Of a stretch of DNA of 64,000 nucleotides, positions 48,905 through 61,252 are shown piece by piece. The stretch is from Callorhinchus milii (lineage: Eukaryota): contig NW_024704742.1 of assembly GCF_018977255.1 (NCBI RefSeq), positions 71,364,001 to 71,428,000 of the forward strand, in the 5' to 3' direction. The notes under the pieces were generated by a model. That model made no database searches and was not told the DNA's origin. It was given only the letters and a program-made list of their open reading frames with translations. Every line of letters begins with the position of its first letter. Positions within the stretch are counted from its first letter, which is position 1. A program made the position numbers and the translations under genes.

Positions 48905-49755
48905 GGGCAAATTTCCTACAGTTGAATGTGAACAAGACTGAGGACCTCCTGATTGGCTCACGCCAGCGCCTCAGCATCTCAGGCTCTGGAAGTATCAACC
49001 TCCATGGTTGAACGCAAAAACTCACCGGCAGTCAGGAACCTCGGTGTCTTGTTCGACCCTCAACTGTCTTCTTCCCCACATCCAAGCCATGACCCGCTCT
49101 GCCTTCCCTCACCTGCGTAACATCGCCCGACTCCGCCATTATCTCACCCCTCAGGCCACTGAAACTCTTGTTCATGCCTTCATCACATCTAGGCTCGACT
49201 ATGCAAACGCTCTGCTTGTCGGGCTTCCCAACTCCTCCCTCCACAGGCTGCAGATAATCCAGAACTCTGCAACCCGTGTCCTCTCCTGCACCAAACTCCG
49301 TGACCCCTTCTCCCCCATTCTCGCCCAACTCCACTGGCTCCCTATCCTTCAGATGATCAAGTTCAAGATCCTGGTCCTCACCTACAAAGCTCTCCATGGC
49401 CTCGCCCCACCCTACCTCTGTGACCTCCTAACCCCCTACCAACCCTCCCGCTCAGCCGGCTCTGGCCTGCTCCACATCCCCCGACCCACCATTGGTGGGA
49501 GATCCTTCAGCCACTCTGCCCCCAACCTCCGGAATTCCATCCCCCAATCACTCCGCCTCGCCCCCTCCTTAGCCTCCTTCAAGTCCCACCTCAAGACCCT
49601 CCTCTTCAACTATGCCATCGGCCACCCCACTTCCCTTCCCTTCCCCCCACCCCGACCCCAGCTCAGGTCTGAAATGCTGTACACTGTCCAGCACCTTGGG
49701 ACGTCCTCCCGACGTGAAAGGCACTATACAAATGTAATCTTGTTGTTGTTGTTGT
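48905..49755 (+). mobile_element. L2 3' region
   Basis: ORF 49008-49838 contains [12 protein letters not shown]...LVHAFITSRLDYANALL...HWLP...FKSHLKTLLF; ttgttg tail. Confidence 0.9.
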
Positions 49756-49994
49756 TCCTCAGGAAAACTGCAGCTGCACTTTTCTATTGGCTCTGGGTAC
49801 GAACAATGATTAGACAAGCTCGGGTTCTTCAGTCTTGAGAGAAGATTATTCAGAGGGACCTTATAGTGGGGGACTCACTTAATAAAGAACCTTAGGCTGT
49901 GGTAGGAAGATGGTAAGGGTGGGTGCTCTGCAGGGATACATCACAATAAAAATTTACATTTATGTAGAGCCTCTGACAGCAGGCAGCACTTTTA

Positions 49995-50317
49995 TAATAA
50001 TAATAATAATAATCCTTGCATTTGATATAGCGCTTTTCACGTCGGGAGGACGTCCCAAAGCGCTTCAAAGAACACACTGTAAAGTGAATTGACTGTATAT
50101 TTGTGGGCAAACGCGGCAGCCAATTGCGCACAGCAATGTCCCACAAACAGTCGTAGATTGAAAATGACCAATTTATTATTGTTTTGGGTTTTGGAGGGAT
50201 TATTATTAGGCTCTGTGTGGAGTAAGGAAACTTGCCCAAGGTTTCGCCCTCTGCCTGGAATTGAACTCAGGTCTCTTGCTTGCAAAGCGAGTGCTCTAAC
50301 CACTGAGCTACAGGATT
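49995..50317 (-). mobile_element. SINE family A copy with an L2-like tail stem-loop
   Basis: Family A head and core; tail contains ttcacgtcgggaggacgtccca. Confidence 0.8.
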
Positions 50318-50499
50318 CAAGTTGCTGGAAATCAGATGGGCCAGAGAGTCATCATCATAAAACATTACAGAGAGGTCCATTCCCACAGCCAACGTGAATC
50401 TCCATTGTGATTCTGCCGCTGCTGAATTCCCCCGCTGGAGGTCTTAACCAACCCCACCCATGTGCTCTTTTCCCGGATTCGTCTACGTCTGGATGGTCC

Positions 50500-50724
50500 A
50501 TCAGGTGGCCCCCGGGCTGCATCTGGGCCGCATCCGGCAAGGGGGATGATTTCATCCGGCCCACGAATCATTCCATTGACTGACAATTGCCGCCAGATTG
50601 CCTAATCACCAGGGGACTCGAGCTCTGCCAAACAACAGGCCTGACCAGTCAGGATAAAATATTGTTTATGCGGCCGTTTCTCAAATCTGGCATCCGACCT
50701 CAGCTGCCAAACAGTGGGCCCCTG
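50500..50724. mobile_element. Possible hAT-Charlie-like non-autonomous DNA transposon remnant
   Basis: gggccgcatccggc...gatgatttcatccggcccacg subterminal motif and a ...gggcccctg end resemble Charlie/MER-type termini; no TSD verified. Confidence 0.4.
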
Positions 50725-50935
50725 GTCTACATGATCAGAGCTATATAACATGCACTCATTTGCCTTCACTGCTCCAGCACTCGCAGCCTGAGTTAGTAAA
50801 ATCTTTCACTCTGATATCCCTGTGAATCCCAAGTGCTCCCTGTGTCTCCCAGTGCTCCCTATTCTCCAGAATGGGATTGATCGAGTACCAGCAGAGTTAC
50901 AATGGAGACTGCCGTGCTGAGTGCTATATTTAAGT

Positions 50936-51271
50936 GGAGTCCCGTAGCATAATGGTTAGAGCGCTCGATTCACAGGTGAAAGGACCCGGGTTCGATTCCC
51001 AGGCAGGGTGCAACTTTAGGCAAATTTCCTTACTCCATACGCCTCTGTTTATCCAGCAGTAAGTAGGAACCCGGTTGTTAGTCAATTGGCGGATTACTTT
51101 CCGGGGGTAATAATCCCTAAAATAAATGTGGTCATTTAATCCACAACTGGTTGTGGGACTATGCTGTGCACAATTGGCTGCCGTGTTTCACCCACAAAAC
51201 ACACAGTCACTCCATTTTACAACATATTCTGTGATGCGCTTTGAGAAGTCTTGACAATGCAATGATTATTA
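50936..51271 (+). mobile_element. SINE family A full-length copy
   Basis: ggagtcccgtagcataatggttagagc...gggttcgattccc B-box, core and tail. Confidence 0.85.
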
Positions 51272-54200
51272 TATAAGCATTTCGAGACTCTACCCTCATG
51301 AAGGGCATCATATGAATGTAAATTGGTGTCGTTGAACCAGCCGCAGTGTACATAAGAACATAAGAAATGCTAGACAAGAAAAACCAAGGACCATCTAGTT
51401 CGCTTTCCACCTTCCTGGCGGTCATATGCACATATGTCACAAACTACCTATGTACTATATCCCATAATGTTATTTCGTAAAAGAAAACAATCTAATCTGT
51501 GTTTGAAAGAATCAACGCTTCTTTGTAACCAATGACTAATTGAGAGTCAATGCAAACTATTTACTCTCATCAATACTGCTGCTTATAAAATCCCAGGGGC
51601 CAGTTTGCGATCTATGTCTATCTATTAAAATTTCTGGGCAGAGAACAGGAAGTATTCCTTTACACATAGGGGATAATTGACGACTGGGAATGGGTGACCA
51701 GGAAGAGTGGTCGAGGCTGGGACTCGTTTAACAAACCGCTCAACGCAGTGACGGGAGGATGGCTCTTTGAGACATCTCAATGACGTGATAAGGCTCTATA
51801 TCAAATGCAAGATTATTATCACATTTTGAAATGCCTCACAGCGATGGGGAGAATCACTGTTTTCACTGGTTGGGGAGTCCATTATAAAATACAAAATTAC
51901 ATTTGTATAGCGTTTCACATCGCGAGGACGTCCAGGGAGATTGTGGAACTTGCTGCCTGAAGTGATGGCTGAATCAAATTGTGTAGATACATTCAAGAGG
52001 AAGCTAGACCTCCACATGAGGGAAGAAGGGAATATGGGGTGTGCGAGGGTGTAAAGAATATAATTAAACTTGTATGGACTGTAAACACTGGCATGGACTC
52101 ATTGGGTAGAGCGCTGTACATTCTTTATAAATCACTGAGGAGGGAGGAGAGGAGCGGTGGGGAAAACTTTGGCAGGTGTTGATCAAAGGCATGTTTTTTT
52201 AAGGTCTTTAAGAGGGGTTTCAAAGACTTAGAGATGAAGAGGAAGGTAAAGAGATTTAAAGAGAGCAAGGCACATTGGCTGAAAGCTTAGCCATAAAGGT
52301 GTGACGGAGGGTGGCGTGGCTGGAGAGACTGAGAAGCAGACTCACAATGGAGCAGAGGTTATGGGGGATGGAGGGGAAACAGAGTCGGAAATTGCAAGGT
52401 TTGGGGGGTTGGGGGAGGGAGTGAGATTGTGAAGGGACAATGATCTTACAAATCAATCCTGAGTTGGTGTGTGTGTATGTGTGTGCGAGTGTGTGGAGAT
52501 AACATGGGCTCTTTAGGAAGAGATGGAGTTGATAGAGGGTGGAGCTACAGGAAGCTGGCCAGGACAAGAAACCTTGTCTCAATAGATCGAGTATCAGGAT
52601 CTGGGTCAAAGGTTTTCAGGAAAACAACATGACATTTATACAGCGTCTTTCATACTGGGAGGATGCCTCACAGCACGTTCCATATAACATCATGGATTCT
52701 TACAGCACTCGACCCATCGTGCCTATGTGGCTCTTTGAAAGAGCAATCCAACTAGTCCCATTCCCCTGCTTTTACTGCATAGCCCTGCAAGTTTTTCCTA
52801 TAACATTCCCTTTTGAATGCTATTATCGAATCTGCTTCCACCACCCTTTCAAGCAGTGTATTCCAGACCCGAGTAAAAAAAAAATTCTCCTCGCCTCCTC
52901 TCCGCCAGAGGAAAAAGTTTCTCCCTATCTACTCTATCAAAACCCCTCACAATTTTGAACATCGATGGAATGAAGAATATCTCTTGGCTCATCTGATCTC
53001 ATCCTCCCAGACTCCCCGCCATTTTGCCATCGGAGCGTTGAGCTGATTGTTAAACGATTCCCAGTGTCCCAGCCTCGATCACCCTTCCTGGTGACCCTTG
53101 TTCCTAGCTGTCAATTCCTCCTCCCTCTGTGTAAAGGAATACTTCCTGGTCTCTGTCCTGAAACAACCTCCACCTACTGAACCTGTGTCATCTTATCCTA
53201 CTGCCCTGGCGTATCTGAGAGTACTGTTCTGCATTTAGCCCACCCCAGCCTTGCCCCTCTCTACCTCTATGACCTAACACCTTACCAACCTGTTCATTCC
53301 CTCTGCTCAGCGGGTTCCGGCCTGCTCCACATAGCCCGCCTGCCCATTCCACCATCCATAGTCGGGTTTTCAACCACTCTGTCCTCACCCTCTGGAACTC
53401 CATCCCACAGTCCCTCCACCTCACCTCCTCCCTTGCCTCCTTCAAGGCCTGTCTCAAGACATTCCTTTTTGACCACACCTTCGACCACCCTCCTCCTGTA
53501 TTCTCCCTTCACTTCTCATGATTCCAACCCCCAGCTCGGGTGCAAACCATTGACTTTCCAGCACCTTGGGACATTTACCCAATGTAAATGTCGCTATATA
53601 AATTTGTTGTGGCCACTTTCTCAATCCCATTTAGAAACTTATATACACCTCTATAAGGTCACCCCAACCCCCCACAAAACAACTTGCATTTTACATTATC
53701 TTCATACAAAACAGCGTCTCAGAGTGCGGCTCGATGATGGGTTTGGACACTGAGAGAGGAAAAGTGAGGGGAGGTGACCCTAGGTGTAGTCGAAGAGATT
53801 CGTCTTAAAGACAATCTGAAATATAATAGGAATAATCCTTGCATATGATATAGCATCTTATCACACCATCAAGATGTCTCAAAGTGCTTCACAGAATATA
53901 TTGTAAAGTAGATTGACTGTATATTTTGTGGGAGAAACACGGCAGCCAATTATGCACTGCAACGTCTCACAAACAGTTGTGGATTGAGATTTTTTATTTG
54001 AAGGGATTATTATTAATAATTATTATTATTAATAATTAATAATTAATCCAGATAGATAAGGAGGGAGCGAGACAGAGGGATTGAAGTTGAGAGTTCCAGA
54101 GGTTAGGAGGGCAGTGAGTGAAGCTACTGCCACCAATAGGGGCACAGAGGGGTTGGGCAAGCCTATGTTAGCCGAGTGGAGGGGGCAGCTAGGGAATAGG

Positions 54201-55751
54201 GTATAAGTAGATCAAAGAGACAAGGAGGTTCTACGGTGCGAGGGGATGTGAGGGTGAGGACCTTGAAGTCAATCTGCTTGGAGACAGGGTGCCAATGGAG
54301 TCTGGTGAGGACTGGGGTGACAGTTTGGTGTGGGTGAGGACACTGGTGGCAGAGTTTTAGCTGATGTTGTGGTGTCAGGACCCTCCTCTTCGGCGACCCT
54401 CTTCCCGACGTGAAAGGTGCTTTACAAATGTAATTTTGTATTGTATTGTAACTCCCTCTCTCAACCCCTTCGCCTCCTCTTTCCCCATTTTCAGGTTGTA
54501 CCTGAAGACCTTCTTCTTCGACCGCACCTATGGTCACCGCCCCCCTCCCCCTGGCTCTGTCAAGCGCAGGCGTGGAGGGCGCTATATAAATGCAAGTTGT
54601 TGTTGGTCCTTCCACAAAATACACAGTCAATCCACTTTATAATATACTTTGTGAAGCGCTTTGATGGCGGGCGGGCCTTCAGCCTCTCTGCCCCCACCCT
54701 CCGGAACTCCATCCTACAATCCCTCCGCATCACCCCCTCCCTTATCTCCTTTAAGACCCATCTCAAGAACCTCCTCTTTGACTGTGCTTTCGGTCACCCT
54801 CCTACCCCTACCCTCCCCGCCTGATCCCAACCACTAGCTTGGGACATCCTCCTGATATGAAACACGCTGTACACATGTAATGACTTGATAAAGCGCTACA
54901 TTATATGCAAGGAATATTATTATTACTCGAAGGTTGGAGGTGGTGGAAAATAGCCCTGGTCAGGTACTGGATAATGGGGTAGAAATGACAGCTGGGGATC
55001 AGATACCACGTTTGCATGTAGGTTTAGTGAGTTTGAAAGAAAGGCCGGGGAGGTTGATTAGGTCAGAGCCGAAGGTAAGAAGACATTGACAGGAATCAAG
55101 GAGTATCTTGTCTTATCTTGTCCATATTCAGCTGCAGAAAGTTGGCGCTCATCCAGGCCTTGATGTCTGACAAGCAGGTGGGCAGAACATCAATAGGCCT
55201 GGGGTCATGGCTAGACGTGAGAAAGGAGGGTTTAGTGCCACCTGCATACATGTAGAAGTTAATCTTGTGACTGCAGGGGACACCACCGAGAGGAGGCAGG
55301 CAGATGAGGGAAAGGAGGACAGAGGGCTGAGCTCCACCGCATGTGACTGTGCGGGGGCGGGAGGCGAGACTGCTCGAGGAGACAGAGTGGAAACATAGGT
55401 CAAGTTGAATTTTATTTGTCGGCCGGGTGTCTGCCGAATGCGGAAACCCATCACCAATCTTAAAGAGTATCCAAACCAAACCGAGAATTCCGTATATCCC
55501 ACCTACCCACAGAAATCCCAGATAGATGGTTGGAATACAATGTGCACTCTCTCTCTCCCTGGAGGGATGCATTCGGATTGCCTAATTCCGGAAAGTATTA
55601 GGCACAGTTTGGCAAGGTCCCCCATCCTCCACCCTTCACCAAACAGAAATAAAATACCTCCAACTCCTGAGCACTCTTATTCTGACGGACGTTAAAGATC
55701 CCGCGGCGCTATTGGAAAAAAGGGAGTTTCTCTCCCCATGTGCTGGCCAAA

Positions 55752-56074
55752 GAGTCCTGTAGCGTAGAGAACTCGCCTTGTAAGCGAGAGGACCTGGGTT
55801 TGATTCCAGGACAGAGTGAAACCTTCATCAAGTTTCTTTACTCCACACACCCCTGTTTACCTAGCAGTAAATAGGAACCCGGGTGTTAGTTGATTGGCAG
55901 ATAGCTTTCCAGGGATAATAACCCCTTCAAAAGTACATGTAAAAAATAATAATTTGGTCACTCAATCCACAGGTTTGTGGGACACTGCTGTGCGTACAGT
56001 ATATTCTGTGAAGCGCTTTGAGATGTTTCAACAATGTGATAAGGCGCTATATCAAATGCAAGGAGTATTATAAT
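55752..56074 (+). mobile_element. SINE family A copy
   Basis: Head, core and tail. Confidence 0.8.
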
Positions 56075-56509
56075 AACCCCCCAGATGATTACGTTATTTG
56101 CCTCACGGCCATTTCTGGGACCTCACTGCGCACGCAAATGGAGCTTAGCCTAAAAAACAGTCACTATATGTGACAATAAAGATAAAAGGGACCAATTAAA
56201 AAGACAAGATTAATAAACATTGCCGTGATGACTTTACAGCCAACACAAAACTCGAGTCCTCCTTCTCCCTCCCCCGCCCCTCACACACACTCCCCACCCT
56301 GTGATACACTACTACCTCGGGATTCAGAACGACTCCCTCTCCCACAACTTTTACCAAACACAAATAAACCACCTCTAACCGTGACCAATGCTACATCAGT
56401 TGTATCCTGTTTATTTAATAAGGCATTTCTACAGAGCGCTCATTTATATCCTCTCTCTCAAGTTTACCCCCCCCCCACCCCGCTCTTAAACCTCAGGCTC
56501 TCTAATTTA

Positions 56510-57780
56510 ACAACCCCCCCCCCCCCCCCCCCCGCCCAAATCTACCCACCTCTCTAAACTACCCCCGCTTTTCTCTCTTTCTGATCTACCCCCTCTCTTT
56601 CAATCTATTCCCCCTCGCTTCTCCCTCAACCCCCCCCCTCTCTTAAACCTCCTATCTCCTCTCTCTCTCAAACCCCCTCCTCCCTCTCACCCCCCCCCCC
56701 CCCCCCCCGTCTCTTAAACCTCCTCTCTCCTCTCTTTCTCAAACCCCCTTCTCCCTCTCAAACCCCCTCCTCCCTCTCACCCCCCCCCCCCCCCGTCTCT
56801 TAAACCTCCTCTCTCCTCTCTTTCTCAAACCCCCTTCTCCCTCTCAAACCCCCTCCTCCCTCTCAACCCCCCCCCCCCCCCCGTCTCTTAAACCTCCTCT
56901 CTCCTCTCTCTCTCAAACCCCCTCCTCTCCCTCAACCCCCCCCCTCTCTCTCTTAAACCTCCTCTCTCCTCTCTCTCTCAAACCCCCTCCTCTCCCTCAA
57001 CCCCCCCCTCTCTCTCTTAAACCTCTCTCCTCTCTCTCTCAAACCCCCTCCTCTCCCTCAACCCCCCCCCTCTCTCTCTTAAACCTCCTCTCTCCTCTCT
57101 CTCTCAAACCCCCTCCTCCCTCTCAACCCCCCCCCCTCTCAAACCCCCTCCTCCTCTCAACCCCCCCTCTCTCAAACCCCCTCTTTCTCAAACCCCCTCT
57201 CTCTCAACACCCCCCTTCTCCTCTCACCCCCCTCTCTCTATCAAACCCCCTCTCTCTCAAACCCCCCCTCTCTCTCTCAACACCCCCTCTCCTCTCACCC
57301 CCCTCTCTCTCAACCCCCTCTCTCTCTCTCTCAAATCCCCTCTCTCTCTCAACCCCCCCTCTCTCTCAACTCCTCCCCCTCTCTCAACACCCCCCTCTCC
57401 TCTCACCCCCCCCTCTCTCTCAAACCCCCTCTCTCTCTCTCTCAAATCCCCCCTCTCTCTCTCAACCCCCCCCCTCTCTCTCAACTCCTCCCCCCTCTCT
57501 CAACACCCCCCCTTCTCCTCTCACCCCCCTCTCTCTATCAAACCCCCCTCTCTCTCAACACCCCTCTCCTCTCACCCCCCCTCTCTCAAAGCCCCCCTCT
57601 CTCAACCCCCCCCTCTCTCAAACCCCCCTCTCAAACTCCCCTCTCAACCCCCCCACCTCTCTCTCTCTCTCTCTCTCAACACCCCCCCCCGTCTCTCTCT
57701 CTCAACTCCCCCCCGCAACCCCCCCACTCACCCCCTCTCTCAACGCCCCCCTCTCAACCTCCCCTTCCCCCCTCCCCCCC
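56510..57780. repeat. Pyrimidine-rich complex minisatellite (ctctctcaaacccccc units) in DOK1 intron 1
   Basis: About 1.3 kb almost lacking G on the + strand. Confidence 0.95.
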
Positions 57781-58195
57781 AGTGTCGGGGTTACCCCCCC
57801 CCCCAGTGTCGGGGTTACCCCCCCCAGTGTCGGGGTTATTCGCACTATTCCGAATTAGCGAAAGAAATGAGCAAATTTGCATTTCCCAAACCTACAAAAT
57901 GAGATCCCCTCTCAGCAGATCCCCGGGACTGTACCCCTCCCTCTGCCCGGGGGGGGGGGGGGGGGGGGCAAAATAGTCCATTTACATAGAAGAAGACGAT
58001 CCAGAAAACACCGATCGCTGCAGAGACTGAGTTGGGGGTCAGAGAGTTGTTGGAGATTCAGCGACAACATCGGGAAAGGAAAAGTTCAGCGGAAACTTTT
58101 AAACTGAAGTCAACGCAAAACTGGGTTCCTTCCCCCACCCCCTGGGAGTGGGAGTGGGTAACATGGTCATACTGCAGGGCTGCTCCCCCACCCCG

Positions 58196-59483
58196 TCTGT
58201 CTGTCTGTCTGTCTCTGTGTGTGTCTGTCTGTGTGTTTATGTGTGTGTGTGTGTCTCTGTGTGTGTGTCTGTGTGTGTGTGTCTCTGTGTGTGAGTGTGT
58301 CTCTGTCTCTGTGTGTGAGTGAGTGAGTGAGTGTGTGTGAGTGTGTGTGTGTCTCTCTGTGTAAGTGAGTGTGTGAGTGAGTGTGTGTGAGTGAGTGAGT
58401 GTGTGAGTGTGTGTGTGTGTGTGTGTCTCTCTGTGTGAGTGTGTGTGTGAGTGTGAGAGTGAGTGTGAGTGAGTGTGTCTCTGTATGTGTGTCTCTGTGT
58501 GAGTGAGTGTGTGTGAGTGAGTGAGTGAGTGAGTGAGTGAGTGTGTGTGTGAGAGTGTGTGTGTCTCTCTGTGTGTGAGTGTGTGTGTGTGTGTGTGAGT
58601 GTTTGAGTGAGTGAGTGTGTGTGTGTGTGTGTGTGAGTGAGTGTGTGTGTGTGTCTGTGTGAGTGAGTGTGTGTGTGTGAGTGTGTGTGTGTGAGTGTGT
58701 GAGTGTGTGTGTGAGTGAGTGTGTGTGTGTGTGAGTGAGTGAGTGAGTGAGTGAGTGAGTGTGTGTGTGTGTGTGAGTGAGTGTGTGTGAGTGTGTGAGT
58801 GAGTGTGTGTGTGTGTGTGAGTGAGTGTGTGAGTGAGTGAGAGTGTGTGTGTGTGTGTGAGTGAGTGAGTGTGTGTGAGTGTGTGTGAGAGTGAGTGTGT
58901 GAGTGTGTGAGTGAGTGTGTGTGTGTGTGTGAGTGAGTGAGTGTGTGAGTGAGTGTGAGTGAGTGAGTGTGTGTGTGAGTGTGTGTGTTTGAGTGAGTGA
59001 GTGTGTGTGTGTCTCTCTGTGTGAGTGAGTGTGTGTGTGAGTGAGTGTGTGTGTGAGTGAGTGTGTGTGTGAGTGTGTGAGTGAGTGTGTGAGTGTGTGT
59101 GTGAGTGTGTGTGTGTGTGAGTGAGTGAGTGAGTGTGTGTGTGAGTGAGTGTGTGTGTGAGTGTGTGAGTGTGTGTGAGTGAGTGTGTGTGTGAGTGTGT
59201 GAGTGTGTGTGTGAGTGAGTGTGAGTGTGTGAGTGTGTGTGTGAGAGTGAGTGTGTGAGTGTGTGAGTGAGTGAGTGTGTGTGAGTGTGTGTGTGAGAGT
59301 GAGTGTGTGAGTGTGTGTGTGTGAGTGAGTGTGAGTGTGTGAGTGAGTGTGTGTGTGAGTGTGTGTGTGTGTGAGTGTGTGAGTGTGTGTGAGTGTGAGT
59401 GTGTGTGTCTCTGTGTGAGTGAGTGAGTGTGTGTGTGAGTGTGTGTGTGTGTGTGTGTGAGTGTGTGTGAGTGAGTGAGTGTG
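58196..59483. repeat. (GT)n/(GTGA)n compound microsatellite
   Basis: About 1.3 kb starting about 15 nt inside DOK1 intron 1. Confidence 0.97.
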
Positions 59484-59498
59484 CAGGCTGGCTCTCAC

Positions 59499-59555
59499 CT
59501 TGCCAAACTTGAGATGTAGGACCTGAAGTTGTCCTTCTTTTATGGCCTTGTCCAT
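59499..59555 (-). CDS. DOK1: DOK1 exon 1 (start codon)
   Basis: gacATGG Kozak-like context; MDKAIKEGQLQVLHLKFGK|gtgaga. Similar to the DOK1 N-terminus (MDGAVMEG...RFG) and phase 0 into exon 2. Confidence 0.88.
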
Positions 59556-59667
59556 GTCACTCTCTCTCTCTCCCCTCCCGGCCACCCGGTCGGTCTCTGG
59601 TTAGGGACCTCTCCTCGTCTCAGTTGCTGGTCAGTTTTGTCCAACTTCCGCGTTGTCGGTTCCTCTG

Positions 59668-60215
59668 CCCCTCCCTCTCTCTCCCTCTCCTTCTCTCTCT
59701 CTCCCCCTCCCTCCCTCTTTCCCCCTCCCCCCTCTTTCCCCCTCCCCCTCCCTCCCTCGTTCCCCCTCTCCCTCCCTCTTTCCCCTTCTCTCTCTCCCTC
59801 CCTCCCTCTTTCCCCCTCTCCCTCCCTCCCTCTTTCCCCTTCTGCCTCTCCCTCCCTCCCTCTTTCCCCTTCTGTCTCTCCCTCCCTCCCTCTTTCCCCT
59901 TCTCTCTCTCCCTCCCTCTTTCCCCCTCTCTCCCTCCCTCCCTCTTTCCCCCTCTCTCCCTCCCTCCCTTTCCCCTTCTGTCTCTCCCTCCCTCCCTCTT
60001 TCCCCCTCTCCCTCCCTCCCTTTCCCCTTCTGTCTCTCCCTCCCTCCCTCTTTCCCCTCTCTCTCTCCCTCCCTCTTTCTCCCTCTCTCCATCCCTCCTC
60101 TTTCCCCTTCTCTCCTCCCTCCCTCTTTCCCCTTCTCTCTCCCTCCCTCTCTCCCCCTCTCTCCCTCCCTCCCTCTTTCCCCTTCTCTCCCTCCCTCCCT
60201 CCTTCCCTCTCTCTC
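59668..60215. repeat. CT-rich ~30-bp tandem repeat upstream of the DOK1 ATG
   Basis: Units like tttccccttctgtctctccctccctccctc. Confidence 0.95.
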
Positions 60216-60530
60216 TGGTCCGTTTCTTTGCTGACAGCTCAGTTATTGAACCTCCACCAACTCCTGAGTCTCCACACACAGTCTGGCACAGTACAGCCCA
60301 ACCATGGTACCCCCTCCCCCCCTCCCAACACCTGCCCCCATCCAATAAGATATATTTCACCAATAAAAAATCTCCTTTCCTCCAATTGCAATCCTTCGAC
60401 CCCAAAGAAACCCTCCCTCTCTCTGTAACAGCGATGATCCTTACATCTCACACAGTGGCTCGTCACGTCCTTGAGATGTCTCAAAGCAGCATTTCATTGT
60501 GAAATGTCGCGACTGACTGTGTTTTGTAAT

Positions 60531-61252
60531 AAATAATCCTCGCACCTTATATAGCGCCTTATCATATCGTTGAGACATTTTCAAGCGCTTCACAGGATGG
60601 ATTGTAAAGTGAATTGACTGTATATTTGGGGGCAAAACGCAGCAGCCGATTGCGCACAGCAGTGTCCCACAAACCGTCGTGGACTGAACGACCAATTTTT
60701 TTTATTTTTCTTTGAAGGAAGTATTACCCCCAGAAAGCGATCCGCCCATGGTGAAGTCTTGTAGCTTAGTGGTTAGAGCACTCGTCTCACAAGATAGAGG
60801 AACCTGGGTTCGATTCCTGGGCAGGGCGAAATGTTGGGCAAGTTTCCTTACTTTGCATACCCCTGTTAACCTCACAGGAGTAGGAACATTGTTGTTAGTC
60901 TATTTTAGTCAGATCGCTTTTCTGGGGGTAATAAGCCCCTAAAAAAATAGTAATTTGGGGTCACTCAATCCATGACTGTTTGTGCGACACTGCTGTGTGC
61001 AATTGGCTGCCACATTTTGTCCACAAAATATACAGTCAATTAACTTTATATTCTGTGAAGTGCTTTGAGGCGTCTCAAAGTTGTGTTAAGGCGCTATATC
61101 AAATGTGAGGATTATTATTATTACTATTAACAACCGGATTCCGACTTACTGCTGGGTAAACAGAGTCATGTGGAATACGGAAACTTGCCTAAGGCTTCGC
61201 CCTGCTTGGGATTGGAACCCAGGTCCTCTCACTTGTGTGCTAACCACTACAC
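60531..61252. mobile_element. SINE family A (+, about 60753-61127) nested in an oppositely oriented family A copy
   Basis: The minus copy stops at ...cagaaagcgatccgcc and resumes at aacaaccggattccgacttac after the plus copy's tail. Confidence 0.8.

Noticed and set aside
50936..51010. tRNA-like sequences with A/B boxes (also at 9355, 31880, 41900, 60753)
   Set aside because: Heads of tRNA-derived SINEs that continue into the SINE body and are divergent from one another; not tRNA genes.
58167..59585. 472-aa His/Thr-rich ORF
   Set aside because: Read-through of DOK1 exon 1 into a CA/CACT microsatellite that rarely generates stops. A canonical donor at 59498 explains the real structure.
59529..60502. 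Several 150-300 aa Pro/Ser/Leu or Gly/Arg/Glu ORFs
   Set aside because: Translations of the CT-rich tandem repeat in multiple frames on both strands.
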